DNA from: an uncultured Fusobacteriaceae bacterium
GTDB lineage: Bacteria > Fusobacteriota > Fusobacteriia > Fusobacteriales > Fusobacteriaceae
NCBI GenBank assembly: GCA_964430145.1
Contig: CAYSGC010000001.1
Span: forward strand, 1 to 59,607
Reading direction: 5' to 3'
DNA length: 59,607 nt
Shown here: positions 1 through 9,811 of the stretch, one piece after another
How positions within the stretch are numbered: position 1 is the stretch's first letter
Layout of the letters: each line of letters begins with the position of its first letter
Notes under the pieces: generated by a model
Database searches by the model: none
The model's input: the letters and a program-made list of their open reading frames with translations, nothing else
Told to the model about the DNA's origin: nothing
Position numbers and translations under genes: made by a program

Positions 1-380
1 TGGGAGTATCTGCAGGACTTCTTCTGAACAGGATGAACTTTGGATTTATGCCTCTAATCGGTCTTATCTCACTGTGCGGAGTGGTTATCAATGCCGCCAT
101 AGTACTGATAGACAGGATAGATATAGAGATCGATAAGGGACTTACTTCTCAGGAGGCTGTTATCACTGCCTGTCTGGCCAGAGTAAGACCTATCCTTCTT
201 ACTACCCTGACAACTGTATGTGGACTTGTTCCACTGTGGTTATTTGGTGGTACCCTGTTCTCACCAATGGCGGTAGCACTGCTGTTCGGTCTTATATTTG
301 CTACTATGCTGACCCTGGGAGTAATCCCGGCGCTCTATAGCATCCTGTTTAAGACTGACTTTAAAGACTACAAGGACTAA
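1..380 (+). CDS. 3' end of an RND (AcrB/AcrD/AcrF family) efflux permease, truncated by the window edge
   Basis: GVVINAAIVLID...RVRPILLTTLTTVCGLVPL...SPMAVALLFGL is the typical RND C-terminus. Confidence 0.9.
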   Translation, partial: GVSAGLLLNRMNFGFMPLIGLISLCGVVINAAIVLIDRIDIEIDKGLTSQEAVITACLARVRPILLTTLTTVCGLVPLWLFGGTLFSPMAVALLFGLIFATMLTLGVIPALYSILFKTDFKDYKD

Positions 381-395
381 TATTTATAGCTAATT

Positions 396-426
396 AAAAG
401 AGGAGAGACCTTATCTCTCCTCTTTT
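396..426. terminator. Bidirectional intrinsic terminator
   Basis: aaaagaggagaga-cctta-tctctcctctttt lies between convergent genes. Confidence 0.85.
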
Positions 427-430
427 GTTT

Positions 431-904
431 TTATCCACTGCACCTCTTGTGCTCCATCACATACTCCCTCAGAAACTTCAAATCTCTTGCCAGGTCCCTG
501 GCAATATTTAATATGATCTTTCCAAAGAGCTCTGGGTTCTTCTTGCACATGCTCATAAACAGTTTTCTGGATATAACTGCAAGCTTTACATCGGTTTTAG
601 CCAGAGCTGAAACCAGCTGCTTCTGTATTCCGATGGTTGCCGACATGCCAAAAAGGATTCCTGGCTCCCCTTCAGCTACCTTCTCCTCTAGAATAAAGAA
701 CTCCATACTCCCTTCTAGTAGAATGTAAAGATCCCCTGGGGGATCTCCCTCCCTGTAAATGTAGGTTCCCGCTTCTGCCTCTATCTCATCCACATACTCC
801 ATTATTTCATCCATCTCATCCTCATCTGCACCTCCAAAGAAGGAGATCTGAGGAAGCATATCCAATATCTTCTCCTGTATTTCCCACTTTTCCATACCCT
901 TCAT
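431..904 (-). CDS. Cyclic nucleotide-binding domain protein
   Basis: YIYREGDPPGDLYILLEG...LFG cNMP-binding signature; no C-terminal HTH. Confidence 0.85.
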   Translation of the reverse strand: MKGMEKWEIQEKILDMLPQISFFGGADEDEMDEIMEYVDEIEAEAGTYIYREGDPPGDLYILLEGSMEFFILEEKVAEGEPGILFGMSATIGIQKQLVSALAKTDVKLAVISRKLFMSMCKKNPELFGKIILNIARDLARDLKFLREYVMEHKRCSG

Positions 905-908
905 CTCC

Positions 909-1367
909 CTAGGAATTTTTTCTAAAGGAAAGAGCTTCCAACAAATGCTGCCTCTCTATTCCCTTGCTTCCCTCTAGATCAGCTATAGTCCTTGCCACCT
1001 TGAGTATCTTATCATATGCCCTCGCTGAAAGAGCCAGTTTATCAACAGCTCCCTCTATAAGCTTTATCCCCTCGGGATCCAGCTTGCAGTACCTCCTTAT
1101 CTCTCTCTGACTCATTCTGGAATTGAGCGTTCTTCCTCCAAACCTTATCCTCTGAAGTTTTCTGGCTTTCTCCACCCGCTTCCTGATATCAGCAGACCTT
1201 TCCCCGGCTCCATAGGTCATGAGCTCTTCCCTTCCAAGCCTCTTCACCTCTATATAGAGGTCCATCCTGTCCAGAATAGGACCGGAGATCTTCTTACCGT
1301 AGAGTTCCATTTGATAGGGGGTACACCTGCACCTTCCATCCCCCTCAAACATCATCCCACAGGGACA
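909..1367 (-). pseudogene. comM: 3' half of comM/yifB (Mg-chelatase-like AAA+ ATPase), separated from its 5' half by the element
   Basis: CPCG-MMFEGDGRCRCT...KISGPILDRMDL...LSARAYDKILKVARTIADL; joins in frame with 47345-48396. Confidence 0.95.
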
Positions 1368-1394
1368 TGCATGACAAGATCTGTAAAGTTTATG
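1363..1394. repeat. Left attachment site (core GGACA plus element arm)
   Basis: Arm 1371-1394 atgacaagatctgtaaagtttatg matches the reverse complement of 47321-47344 at 18 of 24 positions. Confidence 0.85.
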
Positions 1395-1419
1395 GCTAAA
1401 TTAGAAGGAATACAATTAT

Positions 1420-2379
1420 TTAACTTTCTCCCAAACGCTCCATTGAATTTGACATATAATATTCTTCTTCTTTATTCAATGCATCCTTTACAATTCCTCT
1501 TCTCAAAATGGATAGTACTGTTTTTATATCGTTCTCAGGTTTAATTTCCCATACTCCTTCTTTTATTTCCAAGCCAAACTTTAATTTTAAATTTAACTTT
1601 TCTAAAGTTTCAATATCGATTTTTTCATATCTTTTTTCTTTACTAATCTTGTATACTTCCCTTGAAAAAATTTTACTTTTTACAAGTCTTTCTTTAATAG
1701 AACCTATATTTTTTATCTCCGAATTAGAAAATTCATCAACAAACTTATTTGTAAATTCTTTATGAAGTTCATGATACTTAAAAATAACCTCAAAGCTGGC
1801 TTTATTAACAACTAACATTTTACTATCTTCATCTATTGCAATTGCGTCTCCAACATCTTCTAAACAAATATATTCTTTATCTAATGATACATATTTCCCC
1901 TCTTTATTTAAACAAATAAATTTCTTTTTAATAAACGCTTTAGTTTCTGAAAATTTCTGAAAAAGATTTATATAATATTTTTTATCTGATTCTACATACT
2001 CATATGAGATTATAAAACACCTTATTTTCCTTTTATTTTCAATATCTTTTAAATTTCCTATTGATTCTTCTTTCTCTAAAATACCTTTTGAAATATCACC
2101 ATATTCTTCAATCTCCTCTAACTCTATATAAAAATGCTTCTTTAATTCATTATTTAAATCTAATCTTTTAATTACAGTTTCTTCTTCTTGCTCTAAACTT
2201 TTTTCAAGCTTATTTATTGTTTCCATTCCCACCCTTTTTAAACCTTCTGCTAACTTATTATCAATGTTTACAGACTTTACAATTGATCCCTTCTCTTTCC
2301 TTTCTAGAATATACAGAGCTACATTCGTTTCTGAAGATTTTAATTTTTTCTTTATTGACTCTAATTTCAATATATTCAC
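1420..2379 (-). CDS. kwaB: Kiwa anti-phage protein KwaB-like (DUF4868)
   Basis: 319-aa soluble protein directly after a KwaA-like gene; FEVIFKYHE motif and overall size fit the family. Confidence 0.7.
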   Translation of the reverse strand: MNILKLESIKKKLKSSETNVALYILERKEKGSIVKSVNIDNKLAEGLKRVGMETINKLEKSLEQEEETVIKRLDLNNELKKHFYIELEEIEEYGDISKGILEKEESIGNLKDIENKRKIRCFIISYEYVESDKKYYINLFQKFSETKAFIKKKFICLNKEGKYVSLDKEYICLEDVGDAIAIDEDSKMLVVNKASFEVIFKYHELHKEFTNKFVDEFSNSEIKNIGSIKERLVKSKIFSREVYKISKEKRYEKIDIETLEKLNLKLKFGLEIKEGVWEIKPENDIKTVLSILRRGIVKDALNKEEEYYMSNSMERLGES

Positions 2380-2393
2380 TTTACCTCCTTAAT

Positions 2394-3032
2394 TTATGCA
2401 AATAAAAAATACAAGTTTTCTGTTATACAATTCATATTATATATTTTCCCCACTTTTATCTCGTGAACTTTTTTATCGCTAAGCACATAAATATTCTTTT
2501 CTATAGTATCCTTACCATTTTCATTTAAAATTATGATTTTATAAATATAGTATCCTCTCCATCTTAGTAATGGATTGAAAATTAGTAGTTCACTTGTCAT
2601 ATAGAAAGAAGCTATAAAAAACATCAATAATCCTCGTGTTAAAAACTCTTTATCCCCACTAGCTCCTATAAATGGTATAACATAAGTAAAGATATAACTT
2701 AATAAATTCCCATCTTGACTTTCAACACTAACTATTTTAAGATGCTCCTTATTAATTTTTTCTTTCTTTTTATATCTGAGAAAAAAAGAAAGAATCATTA
2801 TTGAAAAAACTATTAAGAAGAGCATCAAGAATACCATGAAGTTAAATTCAATTCTAGGATAGGAAAAGCTCATTTTCTTTTCTTGCCATATCACATAATC
2901 TATTACATCAACTAAAATAAAATTTCCATCTCTATCCTCTTGAAAAATTGAGTTAAATAATAGTATTATCCAAAGTGGTGTATACGATGTTAAAAACGCT
3001 ACTACCCTTACCCAAATTTTTAAATTAATCAT
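2394..3032 (-). CDS. kwaA: Kiwa anti-phage membrane protein KwaA-like
   Basis: Multi-TM protein with FLTSYTPLWII, LLSYIFTYVIPF and IFNPLLRWRGYYIYK motifs. Confidence 0.75.
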   Translation of the reverse strand: MINLKIWVRVVAFLTSYTPLWIILLFNSIFQEDRDGNFILVDVIDYVIWQEKKMSFSYPRIEFNFMVFLMLFLIVFSIMILSFFLRYKKKEKINKEHLKIVSVESQDGNLLSYIFTYVIPFIGASGDKEFLTRGLLMFFIASFYMTSELLIFNPLLRWRGYYIYKIIILNENGKDTIEKNIYVLSDKKVHEIKVGKIYNMNCITENLYFLFA

Positions 3033-3109
3033 CTCTTACCCTTCCTATAGTTTCAACATGCTTCAATCCTTTTTTGCCATAAGTTTGCCTTCCCTTTTCT
3101 AACCTCTCT

Positions 3110-6028
3110 CTAGTTCTTTATTTCTGATGAGATTGTTGCTAAAATTGTAATTTCTCCTCCACACTTACATGCGATCTTACTGGTACTTATTAATTCCTTC
3201 ATACCATTTATTGTTGAGCCCCTACTTGCTCCACTCCATTTGCTTGGTGATATAAATTGCTCACATGGCAATGGTTGACCTTTTCCATCTCTATTTAAGC
3301 TACATTTTCCAAAAGGAAGAATATTAACAAAAGGAGCCTTATCTCCTTCAGTAGCATCTAATAAACCGTTAGTAGTTACTCCTATTTGTGAAGTCACTTT
3401 TAATTCACTTGGAATACTTCCATTATCACATCTCAAAATGGCACTCGAACTGACACCTGTAGTAGTCACTTTTATTAAATCTTCTTTTTTTCCATAAAGA
3501 ACTAGCTTCTCTTCAATCACTCTTCCTTCAAGATGATCATCATGATAAACATGTCCAAATTCCTCGGTTTTATATTCTAAATTCTCATTAAAAATCCCTA
3601 AAGTTAAGTATCCTCTTGTTTCACTTTCTTCTTCTACTTCATAATAATCTCTTATTTTCCCCTTAGGTTCCAAATGTTCAAGGAGCTTTTCTTTGTGCAT
3701 AACCTTTCCTTTACTAATTATTTTTTTTACTTTTCTCATTACCAATTTATCCGTTTCATCACTTTTTATAGCATGTTTTACTGTAGAAAAAGATTTTGCA
3801 TATAAAGGTTCCTCTACTTTATCATCATCTTCCTCCAGAGTTTCTTCATAATACTTCTTCCCTTTGTCATTTTCAATACTGCTTCTCACAACGCTAGCTA
3901 CATAATTCTTAGTTAATTCCTTTGTTAAAATTCCTTTTTCATTTATAAATGGAAAATAGAAAGGTACAATGTTTTTAGGGGAATAATCATTTTTTTTATC
4001 TTCTATTTTATAGCTAAGTTTTCTAATCTCTTTCAGTTCCTTTCCTTCAAAGTAATACCCTTGCAATTGCTTGGATACTTCTCTCTTTTTATAATTACTT
4101 TGTATAGACTTAAATACTTTTAATAATTCAAAAAGAAGTTCACCAAAATAATCCTCTTCTTCTAATTCTTCAAAAATTTTAAATAGCCCTCCTTGCCTCC
4201 TAACTTCTTTATACTTTTTAACATTAATTATCTTATAGCCCTCTAGCTTTATTTTTATATTAAAGTTTCCTTTTTTTAAATGAAGATCATGGTTTGTTTT
4301 AGAATGAATATGGTAGTCAAAAAGGATTTCATATGCTCCCAATTGAAGTAAGGTTAACAATTCCATTTTAATTCCTTTATAATTAAATATATTATTGAAA
4401 TCATCTGCAACTACTTCTCCAACTATTTTTTCTGAGTTATAATTATCAATTTGACTATTATTTAACCCTCTAATAATCTTTTGTGTTACCAAAAATTCAA
4501 AATATTCTTTATATAATTTTTTATTTAAAATATTCTTTAGAGTTTCCGTAACCCATAAAACTCCCCCCACTAAAAAAGTCCCCATACCAAAAGTTCCAAA
4601 TACCAATCCTGCTAAGAGTGGACCATATAAAAGGCTGAACCCTATTGTTGATGTTATTATTATCTCTTGATTAGTTAAATACTTGAAAGTTGTATTAATA
4701 TCCTCTAAATCTTTTTCTGTAAAATCGACTATACTTGGTAGTAACCTTGGGAAATCAATAAAATAGCCTCTAGAAGAGTATTTACTTTTAGAGTGCTCTT
4801 TTGAATATACTAATTCTAAAATATTCGCTAATTTTCCTGCATTCCCTACACCTGTAAAGGTAATATCATATTCTGAGTACTCGTCCTCAATACTATTTAT
4901 CAAAAGTTTTAAACGCAAAATTTCCTCTGGAAGTAGCCCTTTTTCCAAAGTTTTATGTATTTCTTCTAATTCATCTGTGTCTGCTAAAGCAAAAACAATA
5001 TTTTTAGACTTAATATTTTTAAATACTCCTATTCTTATAGAAGTTCCTGTAAAAGAAAATTTTATATTATATTTAATTTCACCTTGTTTAAGTGGAATAT
5101 TTGTTCTTGATTTAGGGGTTATGAATGTCTTTAGAACCCCTTTTTCATTTAAATCTTTACCTGCAATAGAGCCAATAGTTTCTATAATATCATAAGCACT
5201 TAAATCCGAAATTATATCCTTACTAAAAGGCTTAAAAACTTTTAATTCATTTAATGGAATCCCTGGTATGAATTCTCCTAAAGGAGAATTCATCACCTTA
5301 ATAATCCCTTTTATTATTACTTCCCTTTTTATCCCGTCTTCCACACTTTCTCTCGTGGGACAAGCTGCCCTTATATTTTTTAAATCGTTTATTAAGTTTT
5401 GGGTCTGTAACTTTTTTCCAGCACTTAACAACGCCAAAGTCTTTTCTAATTTTTCTATACGGCTATCAAAAAAAAAATCAAATCTATTTTTAGAGAGAAT
5501 ATAGTCATCAGCAGTATATATTACTTCCCACTCTGTTAAAAATTTTCCTAAGTGCTCACCTTTTATATCTTTTTTAATAGCCTCATTGTATCTGTCAAAA
5601 CATTCCATAATGACTGGAGCTTTTCTACGCATTTCATTTTTAGACTGATAAATATAGTCTGTTACAACAATTTCATTTTCTTCAACTTCACTTTTATAAA
5701 ACCCACCTAATGCATCTGCTTCACCCACTGCTATAATTTCTTTATAAGCTTTCTCTTTTCTTCTTATCTCTTCAATTTTTATAGGAGCTAGTTTCCCAAA
5801 CTGAGCTTCTTCTAAACTTAAACTAGGTTCTTTTATGCCCAAACGTTCTCTTTCTTCTATCCCTTTATATTCCTTCTCAAGAAGGGAGTGGATTGTGTGA
5901 TACTTTAACTTTATTTCTTCACTAACACTTTCATCTGCCTCTTCTTTCTTCCTTACATTTTCCGCAAATTCTATCTTTAAATTAACTAGATCACAGAAAC
6001 TCAATAATTCTTTATCACTCAAACCCAT
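3110..6028 (-). CDS. Large effector-like protein: degenerate lipase-like region, hydrophobic hairpin, C-terminal PAAR-like DUF4280 domain
   Basis: C-terminus AILRCDNG...NILPFGKCS...PC...W...SKIACKCGGEITI; ATG at 6028 follows a GGAGG RBS. Confidence 0.8.
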   Translation of the reverse strand: MGLSDKELLSFCDLVNLKIEFAENVRKKEEADESVSEEIKLKYHTIHSLLEKEYKGIEERERLGIKEPSLSLEEAQFGKLAPIKIEEIRRKEKAYKEIIAVGEADALGGFYKSEVEENEIVVTDYIYQSKNEMRRKAPVIMECFDRYNEAIKKDIKGEHLGKFLTEWEVIYTADDYILSKNRFDFFFDSRIEKLEKTLALLSAGKKLQTQNLINDLKNIRAACPTRESVEDGIKREVIIKGIIKVMNSPLGEFIPGIPLNELKVFKPFSKDIISDLSAYDIIETIGSIAGKDLNEKGVLKTFITPKSRTNIPLKQGEIKYNIKFSFTGTSIRIGVFKNIKSKNIVFALADTDELEEIHKTLEKGLLPEEILRLKLLINSIEDEYSEYDITFTGVGNAGKLANILELVYSKEHSKSKYSSRGYFIDFPRLLPSIVDFTEKDLEDINTTFKYLTNQEIIITSTIGFSLLYGPLLAGLVFGTFGMGTFLVGGVLWVTETLKNILNKKLYKEYFEFLVTQKIIRGLNNSQIDNYNSEKIVGEVVADDFNNIFNYKGIKMELLTLLQLGAYEILFDYHIHSKTNHDLHLKKGNFNIKIKLEGYKIINVKKYKEVRRQGGLFKIFEELEEEDYFGELLFELLKVFKSIQSNYKKREVSKQLQGYYFEGKELKEIRKLSYKIEDKKNDYSPKNIVPFYFPFINEKGILTKELTKNYVASVVRSSIENDKGKKYYEETLEEDDDKVEEPLYAKSFSTVKHAIKSDETDKLVMRKVKKIISKGKVMHKEKLLEHLEPKGKIRDYYEVEEESETRGYLTLGIFNENLEYKTEEFGHVYHDDHLEGRVIEEKLVLYGKKEDLIKVTTTGVSSSAILRCDNGSIPSELKVTSQIGVTTNGLLDATEGDKAPFVNILPFGKCSLNRDGKGQPLPCEQFISPSKWSGASRGSTINGMKELISTSKIACKCGGEITILATISSEIKN

Positions 6029-6030
6029 CT

Positions 6031-7047
6031 CTACCAAGCCTCCCAAGTAAATTCCATCTCATCTAAGTTCTTATATTCTTTTATTTCATCATCCCAGTTA
6101 TTAGAAATAATCTGTTTAGGCGAATATAACTTCAGATATAGCATTGTTCCTGTTCTTTCTTTTGCCATATCACCAAGGTCCAGCCCAGATAATTTATATT
6201 GAATTTCTTTTGGAGTCATCTCATCAAACTTTTGATTAAACTCTTGGTAGTATTTTTTTCTTTCTTTCCTAAAGGTCATTCTATCAAGACCTGAAGAAAG
6301 ATTAGAATAAATTCTTTCTATCCCATCAACCAATTCTCTCTCATCAATTATATGAATATTTAAATTAACATAATCAAAGTTATCAGTTTCCTTCATATAC
6401 TGTATAAACTCATATATTTTCTTCCTATACTCCTCTTTATCCTCTTCATTCTCTACTCTTCCATATATATAGATGGCTCCTTTAGTTATTGCAAATGTTT
6501 CTATTTCTTCTAATCCCTCTGCCTCTCTTTTCTTATAATATTTTCTTCTTCTCTCCATTTCTCTTTCAAAGTCAGTAGATTTAGGTGAACCGCCCAATAT
6601 TAACGCTGGTACTACATTCTTTCCAAATAACTCTTCTAACTTTGGTCTAAAAAACTCATTGGCTGATTGGCTCACTAATGTACTTGTATAACCATCAGTT
6701 ATTCTTTTAAACCCTTTATCTCTAGCCGATGCTGTAGTCTGATAATATCTATCAAATTCTTTCGGTGTCCCTATGTAGCGTTCTGGATAAACACTATAAG
6801 TAGTGTACCAAACATCTCCATCTCTAGAAGCTTTATGAAGCCCCAGTATTACAAACTCTTCTCCATATTTTTCATTTAAATATTTTTTCATTCTCTTATA
6901 TACAATTTCATTCTCAGGGAATATTACTCTGTAAATTGCTGGTAAACTAACAAATAGAATGATTAGAATGCCAATCCATATTTTCCATTTTATTACTAAT
7001 TTCCTTTGATATTCTTCATCTTGCTGCTTCTCTCTAATCTCTTCCAT
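6031..7047 (-). CDS. Membrane-anchored putative immunity protein
   Basis: N-terminal TM, then MKKYLNEKYGEEF; directly upstream of the effector; similar to 15229-16119. Confidence 0.6.
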   Translation of the reverse strand: MEEIREKQQDEEYQRKLVIKWKIWIGILIILFVSLPAIYRVIFPENEIVYKRMKKYLNEKYGEEFVILGLHKASRDGDVWYTTYSVYPERYIGTPKEFDRYYQTTASARDKGFKRITDGYTSTLVSQSANEFFRPKLEELFGKNVVPALILGGSPKSTDFEREMERRRKYYKKREAEGLEEIETFAITKGAIYIYGRVENEEDKEEYRKKIYEFIQYMKETDNFDYVNLNIHIIDERELVDGIERIYSNLSSGLDRMTFRKERKKYYQEFNQKFDEMTPKEIQYKLSGLDLGDMAKERTGTMLYLKLYSPKQIISNNWDDEIKEYKNLDEMEFTWEAW

Positions 7048-7066
7048 TCCCTCTCCTTCTTTTGTT

Positions 7067-7381
7067 TTATCTCTTATATATTTCTTCCGTTATCCACTCA
7101 AAAAACAAATTATAAATAACCTTCTTATCTGTATAAGCTCTTTTACTTAAATCTACCTTTTGATCTTTTTCTAACTTTTTATTAAACTCTTCCTTTATTA
7201 AATAGTCTTTCATTCCCTGAATTTCTAAATAAAAACTTCCACAAGGAAAGGCTTTCAAAGTACTCTTATTCTCTTCAACCTCTCCCACTTTTTTTTCAAT
7301 CTTTAAATCAACGAAAATTGTTGTTTCCACTATAAACTCATAGAAACTTTCTATTACTTTTAATTGATTCTTTCTAACCAA
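7067..7381 (-). CDS. Hypothetical protein (possible adaptor)
   Basis: 104-aa ORF overlapping the upstream gene, between VgrG-like and effector genes. Confidence 0.5.
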   Translation of the reverse strand: MVRKNQLKVIESFYEFIVETTIFVDLKIEKKVGEVEENKSTLKAFPCGSFYLEIQGMKDYLIKEEFNKKLEKDQKVDLSKRAYTDKKVIYNLFFEWITEEIYKR

Positions 7382-8180
7382 TAATTTCTCCTTTTAAATG
7401 CTCTAATTCTACACTATATCCCATACTATATCCTTCTTTTATATCTACATTAGCATTGAATAATGCCCCTTTTAATTTCTCACTTACATAGTCATATTTT
7501 CCATGCAAATTTACTTTCAAATTTAATTGATCATTAGCTTGAAAGTTAAATCTTTTTTTGATCTCACTCTTGTACTTTATAATGTCATATTTTTCATTTA
7601 GTTTCCCTGACATTTCAAAAGCCTTATCACCTCTATAGCTATCTACGTTTAGCTCTATATCAAATAATGCTTTCCCCATAAAAAATAAATTGAATAATTC
7701 AAATTCTCTTAATATAATTGGTTCGTTTATTATTTTATTTTTTTCCATTAATAAAATAATAGGGGTTACTCCATAGTTCTTAGCGAAAAAGCTCAACGTT
7801 TTTGGTTCTTCAAGATATTTACTAATTGACATTAATGGAAGGACATATTCTTCTCCACCTTCATTAAAAATTATTTCCTTTTTCTCTTTTTTCCATTTTT
7901 TTATTAAATCATCGCTATTTTTTATACTATAATCTTTCTTATCATAAATAACTTCTGAAACAACTCTGTTCAATTTTTCCATCTCATTGTTAATTTCAAT
8001 TGGGAAATCTTGAACAATTATAAATTCATCATCTCTTCCAATTAATGCTACTTCTATAGTATATACATCTTCTTTTTTTATCCCCTGACATTCCAAATAG
8101 CTTTTTATTTTTACCTTATATCTCACACTTCCTCCTATTTTTACTTCACCAAGTATAGCTTTAGAAGATTCTTTCCCCAT
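7374..8180 (-). CDS. Hypothetical protein (possible effector adaptor/chaperone)
   Basis: 268-aa ORF immediately downstream of the VgrG-like gene; function inferred from position only. Confidence 0.5.
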   Translation of the reverse strand: MGKESSKAILGEVKIGGSVRYKVKIKSYLECQGIKKEDVYTIEVALIGRDDEFIIVQDFPIEINNEMEKLNRVVSEVIYDKKDYSIKNSDDLIKKWKKEKKEIIFNEGGEEYVLPLMSISKYLEEPKTLSFFAKNYGVTPIILLMEKNKIINEPIILREFELFNLFFMGKALFDIELNVDSYRGDKAFEMSGKLNEKYDIIKYKSEIKKRFNFQANDQLNLKVNLHGKYDYVSEKLKGALFNANVDIKEGYSMGYSVELEHLKGEIIG

Positions 8181-8230
8181 ACTCTATATTAATTCTTAGC
8201 TCTCTTATTATTTCTTTGAGTCTTAATTCT

Positions 8231-9796
8231 TTAAGTAATTTTTTCTATATTAATTGCTTTTGAGTAGTAAGTATCTGTCACTGTATGATATTGATTTTTA
8301 GCATTTGTTTTTAAAGTTTCCAAATAATTAGCCTGATAATTTTCAATCGTTTCCAATTTTTCTTCCAATACGATTCCTGAGGCTTTTTCAAATTTTTCCG
8401 AGTATTCTCTCGCATCTACACTCATCTGTTCCGCTGATGACATCTTAAATTCATTTACACTAGACGCTGTCAATATGTTCTCTGAAACCATTTCCATTAA
8501 GTTTGAAGTTTTATTAGAAATCTTTTCTTTCGCATACTGAGTTATCTTATCTGAATCAAGCTTAAACTCATAATAAGGTCGCTCTCCTGTTATTGGTAAG
8601 GTATAGTTTCTAACTTCAGGATCACTAAACCTTCCATTCCCTGGATTATTAATTGCTCCAGAAACATATAATAATTTTTCTTCATTACTCGGAAAATATA
8701 AGCTGACAATATCTCCAATCTCTGGAGTACAAAAAAATCCTGTATTGGTCTGAGAATAGGGGGTTACATATGGAATATCCCATCGTCCTTTATATTCTCC
8801 TTGAGCCTTTCTTTCTTTATATCTTCCATTGCTATTCTGCATTGAAAGAGCTATCTTTGCTAACCCATGTGTTAGGTTAATTTTCATAGTGGCTATCTCA
8901 TTATTCACCCCTACTTTCTCTACCTTGCCTTCTATAACTTTTCCTGAAATTTTATTGTTTGGGATATATGGTAGCTTATAGTTTTTATGATTTAGCTTGT
9001 ATTCTCCCTTTAACTTTCCACCTATACATTCCAAGATTCCTTTCACCACTGGAACTTCTGCAATTCTTTCATCTCCTAGCTCAACTCTTATTATATTTGC
9101 CAGAGCATAACTCTGATTACACGAAATTTTATATAGCGTTTCACCATAAGAATTCTTGCCTATCTCCAAATGACTTCTTTTTAACTCGCATTGCTTAACC
9201 TTTGTATTTGTTTTTAAATATCCCAAAAGTACCCCACCGTTTTCTAGAGGAGATACCCCTAAACCTAATTGTGAAGTTACTCTAATTAAAAATTCCCAGT
9301 CTGTTTCATCATATTGAATAATTGGTGCTCCTATTTCTTTTTCAAACTTTTCTTCATCATATATAATTTTAATATTTTTATACCGCTTTACTATACTTTC
9401 TATGATTTCTTTATATGAAATAGCTGGATCTTGAAATGCCGTAAATTTAGAAACCTTATCTAAAACCCACGTCTTAGATAAGGCTTTCAAATTAAATAAT
9501 ATCCCCCCATTTCCTGCGTAAATAATAGAAGTTTCTTTTGCTATCCCTGAAAAGAAAAGGATTTCTTTCTCGTCCTTATCTAAAAGAAATTCAACTTTTT
9601 GTTTCTCCTTTGCTACCAATGCTTCAAATTTTCTTATATTATCTTTAACTAAAAGAGAAAACTCTAATTGACTATGAGTATTCACTTCACTTAAGAGAGT
9701 AAAGTTTCTTAGATTGAAATCCTCAAATTTCAATTTAACACCATCTATCAAAATACATATATCTTTCCATTCATAATTCTGCTTTAGGAATTTCAT
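8231..9796 (-). CDS. VgrG-like spike/hub protein (gpD/gp27 plus gp5 OB-fold)
   Basis: PIIQYDETDWEFLIRVTSQLG, GFFCTPEIGDIVSLYF, and a repetitive beta-type C-terminus. Confidence 0.88.
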   Translation of the reverse strand: MKFLKQNYEWKDICILIDGVKLKFEDFNLRNFTLLSEVNTHSQLEFSLLVKDNIRKFEALVAKEKQKVEFLLDKDEKEILFFSGIAKETSIIYAGNGGILFNLKALSKTWVLDKVSKFTAFQDPAISYKEIIESIVKRYKNIKIIYDEEKFEKEIGAPIIQYDETDWEFLIRVTSQLGLGVSPLENGGVLLGYLKTNTKVKQCELKRSHLEIGKNSYGETLYKISCNQSYALANIIRVELGDERIAEVPVVKGILECIGGKLKGEYKLNHKNYKLPYIPNNKISGKVIEGKVEKVGVNNEIATMKINLTHGLAKIALSMQNSNGRYKERKAQGEYKGRWDIPYVTPYSQTNTGFFCTPEIGDIVSLYFPSNEEKLLYVSGAINNPGNGRFSDPEVRNYTLPITGERPYYEFKLDSDKITQYAKEKISNKTSNLMEMVSENILTASSVNEFKMSSAEQMSVDAREYSEKFEKASGIVLEEKLETIENYQANYLETLKTNAKNQYHTVTDTYYSKAINIEKIT

Positions 9797-9811
9797 CCTT
9801 CCCCCCTTAAT

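Noticed and set aside
909-1355. Independent 148-aa gene
   Set aside because: It is the 3' half of comM and has no convincing RBS.
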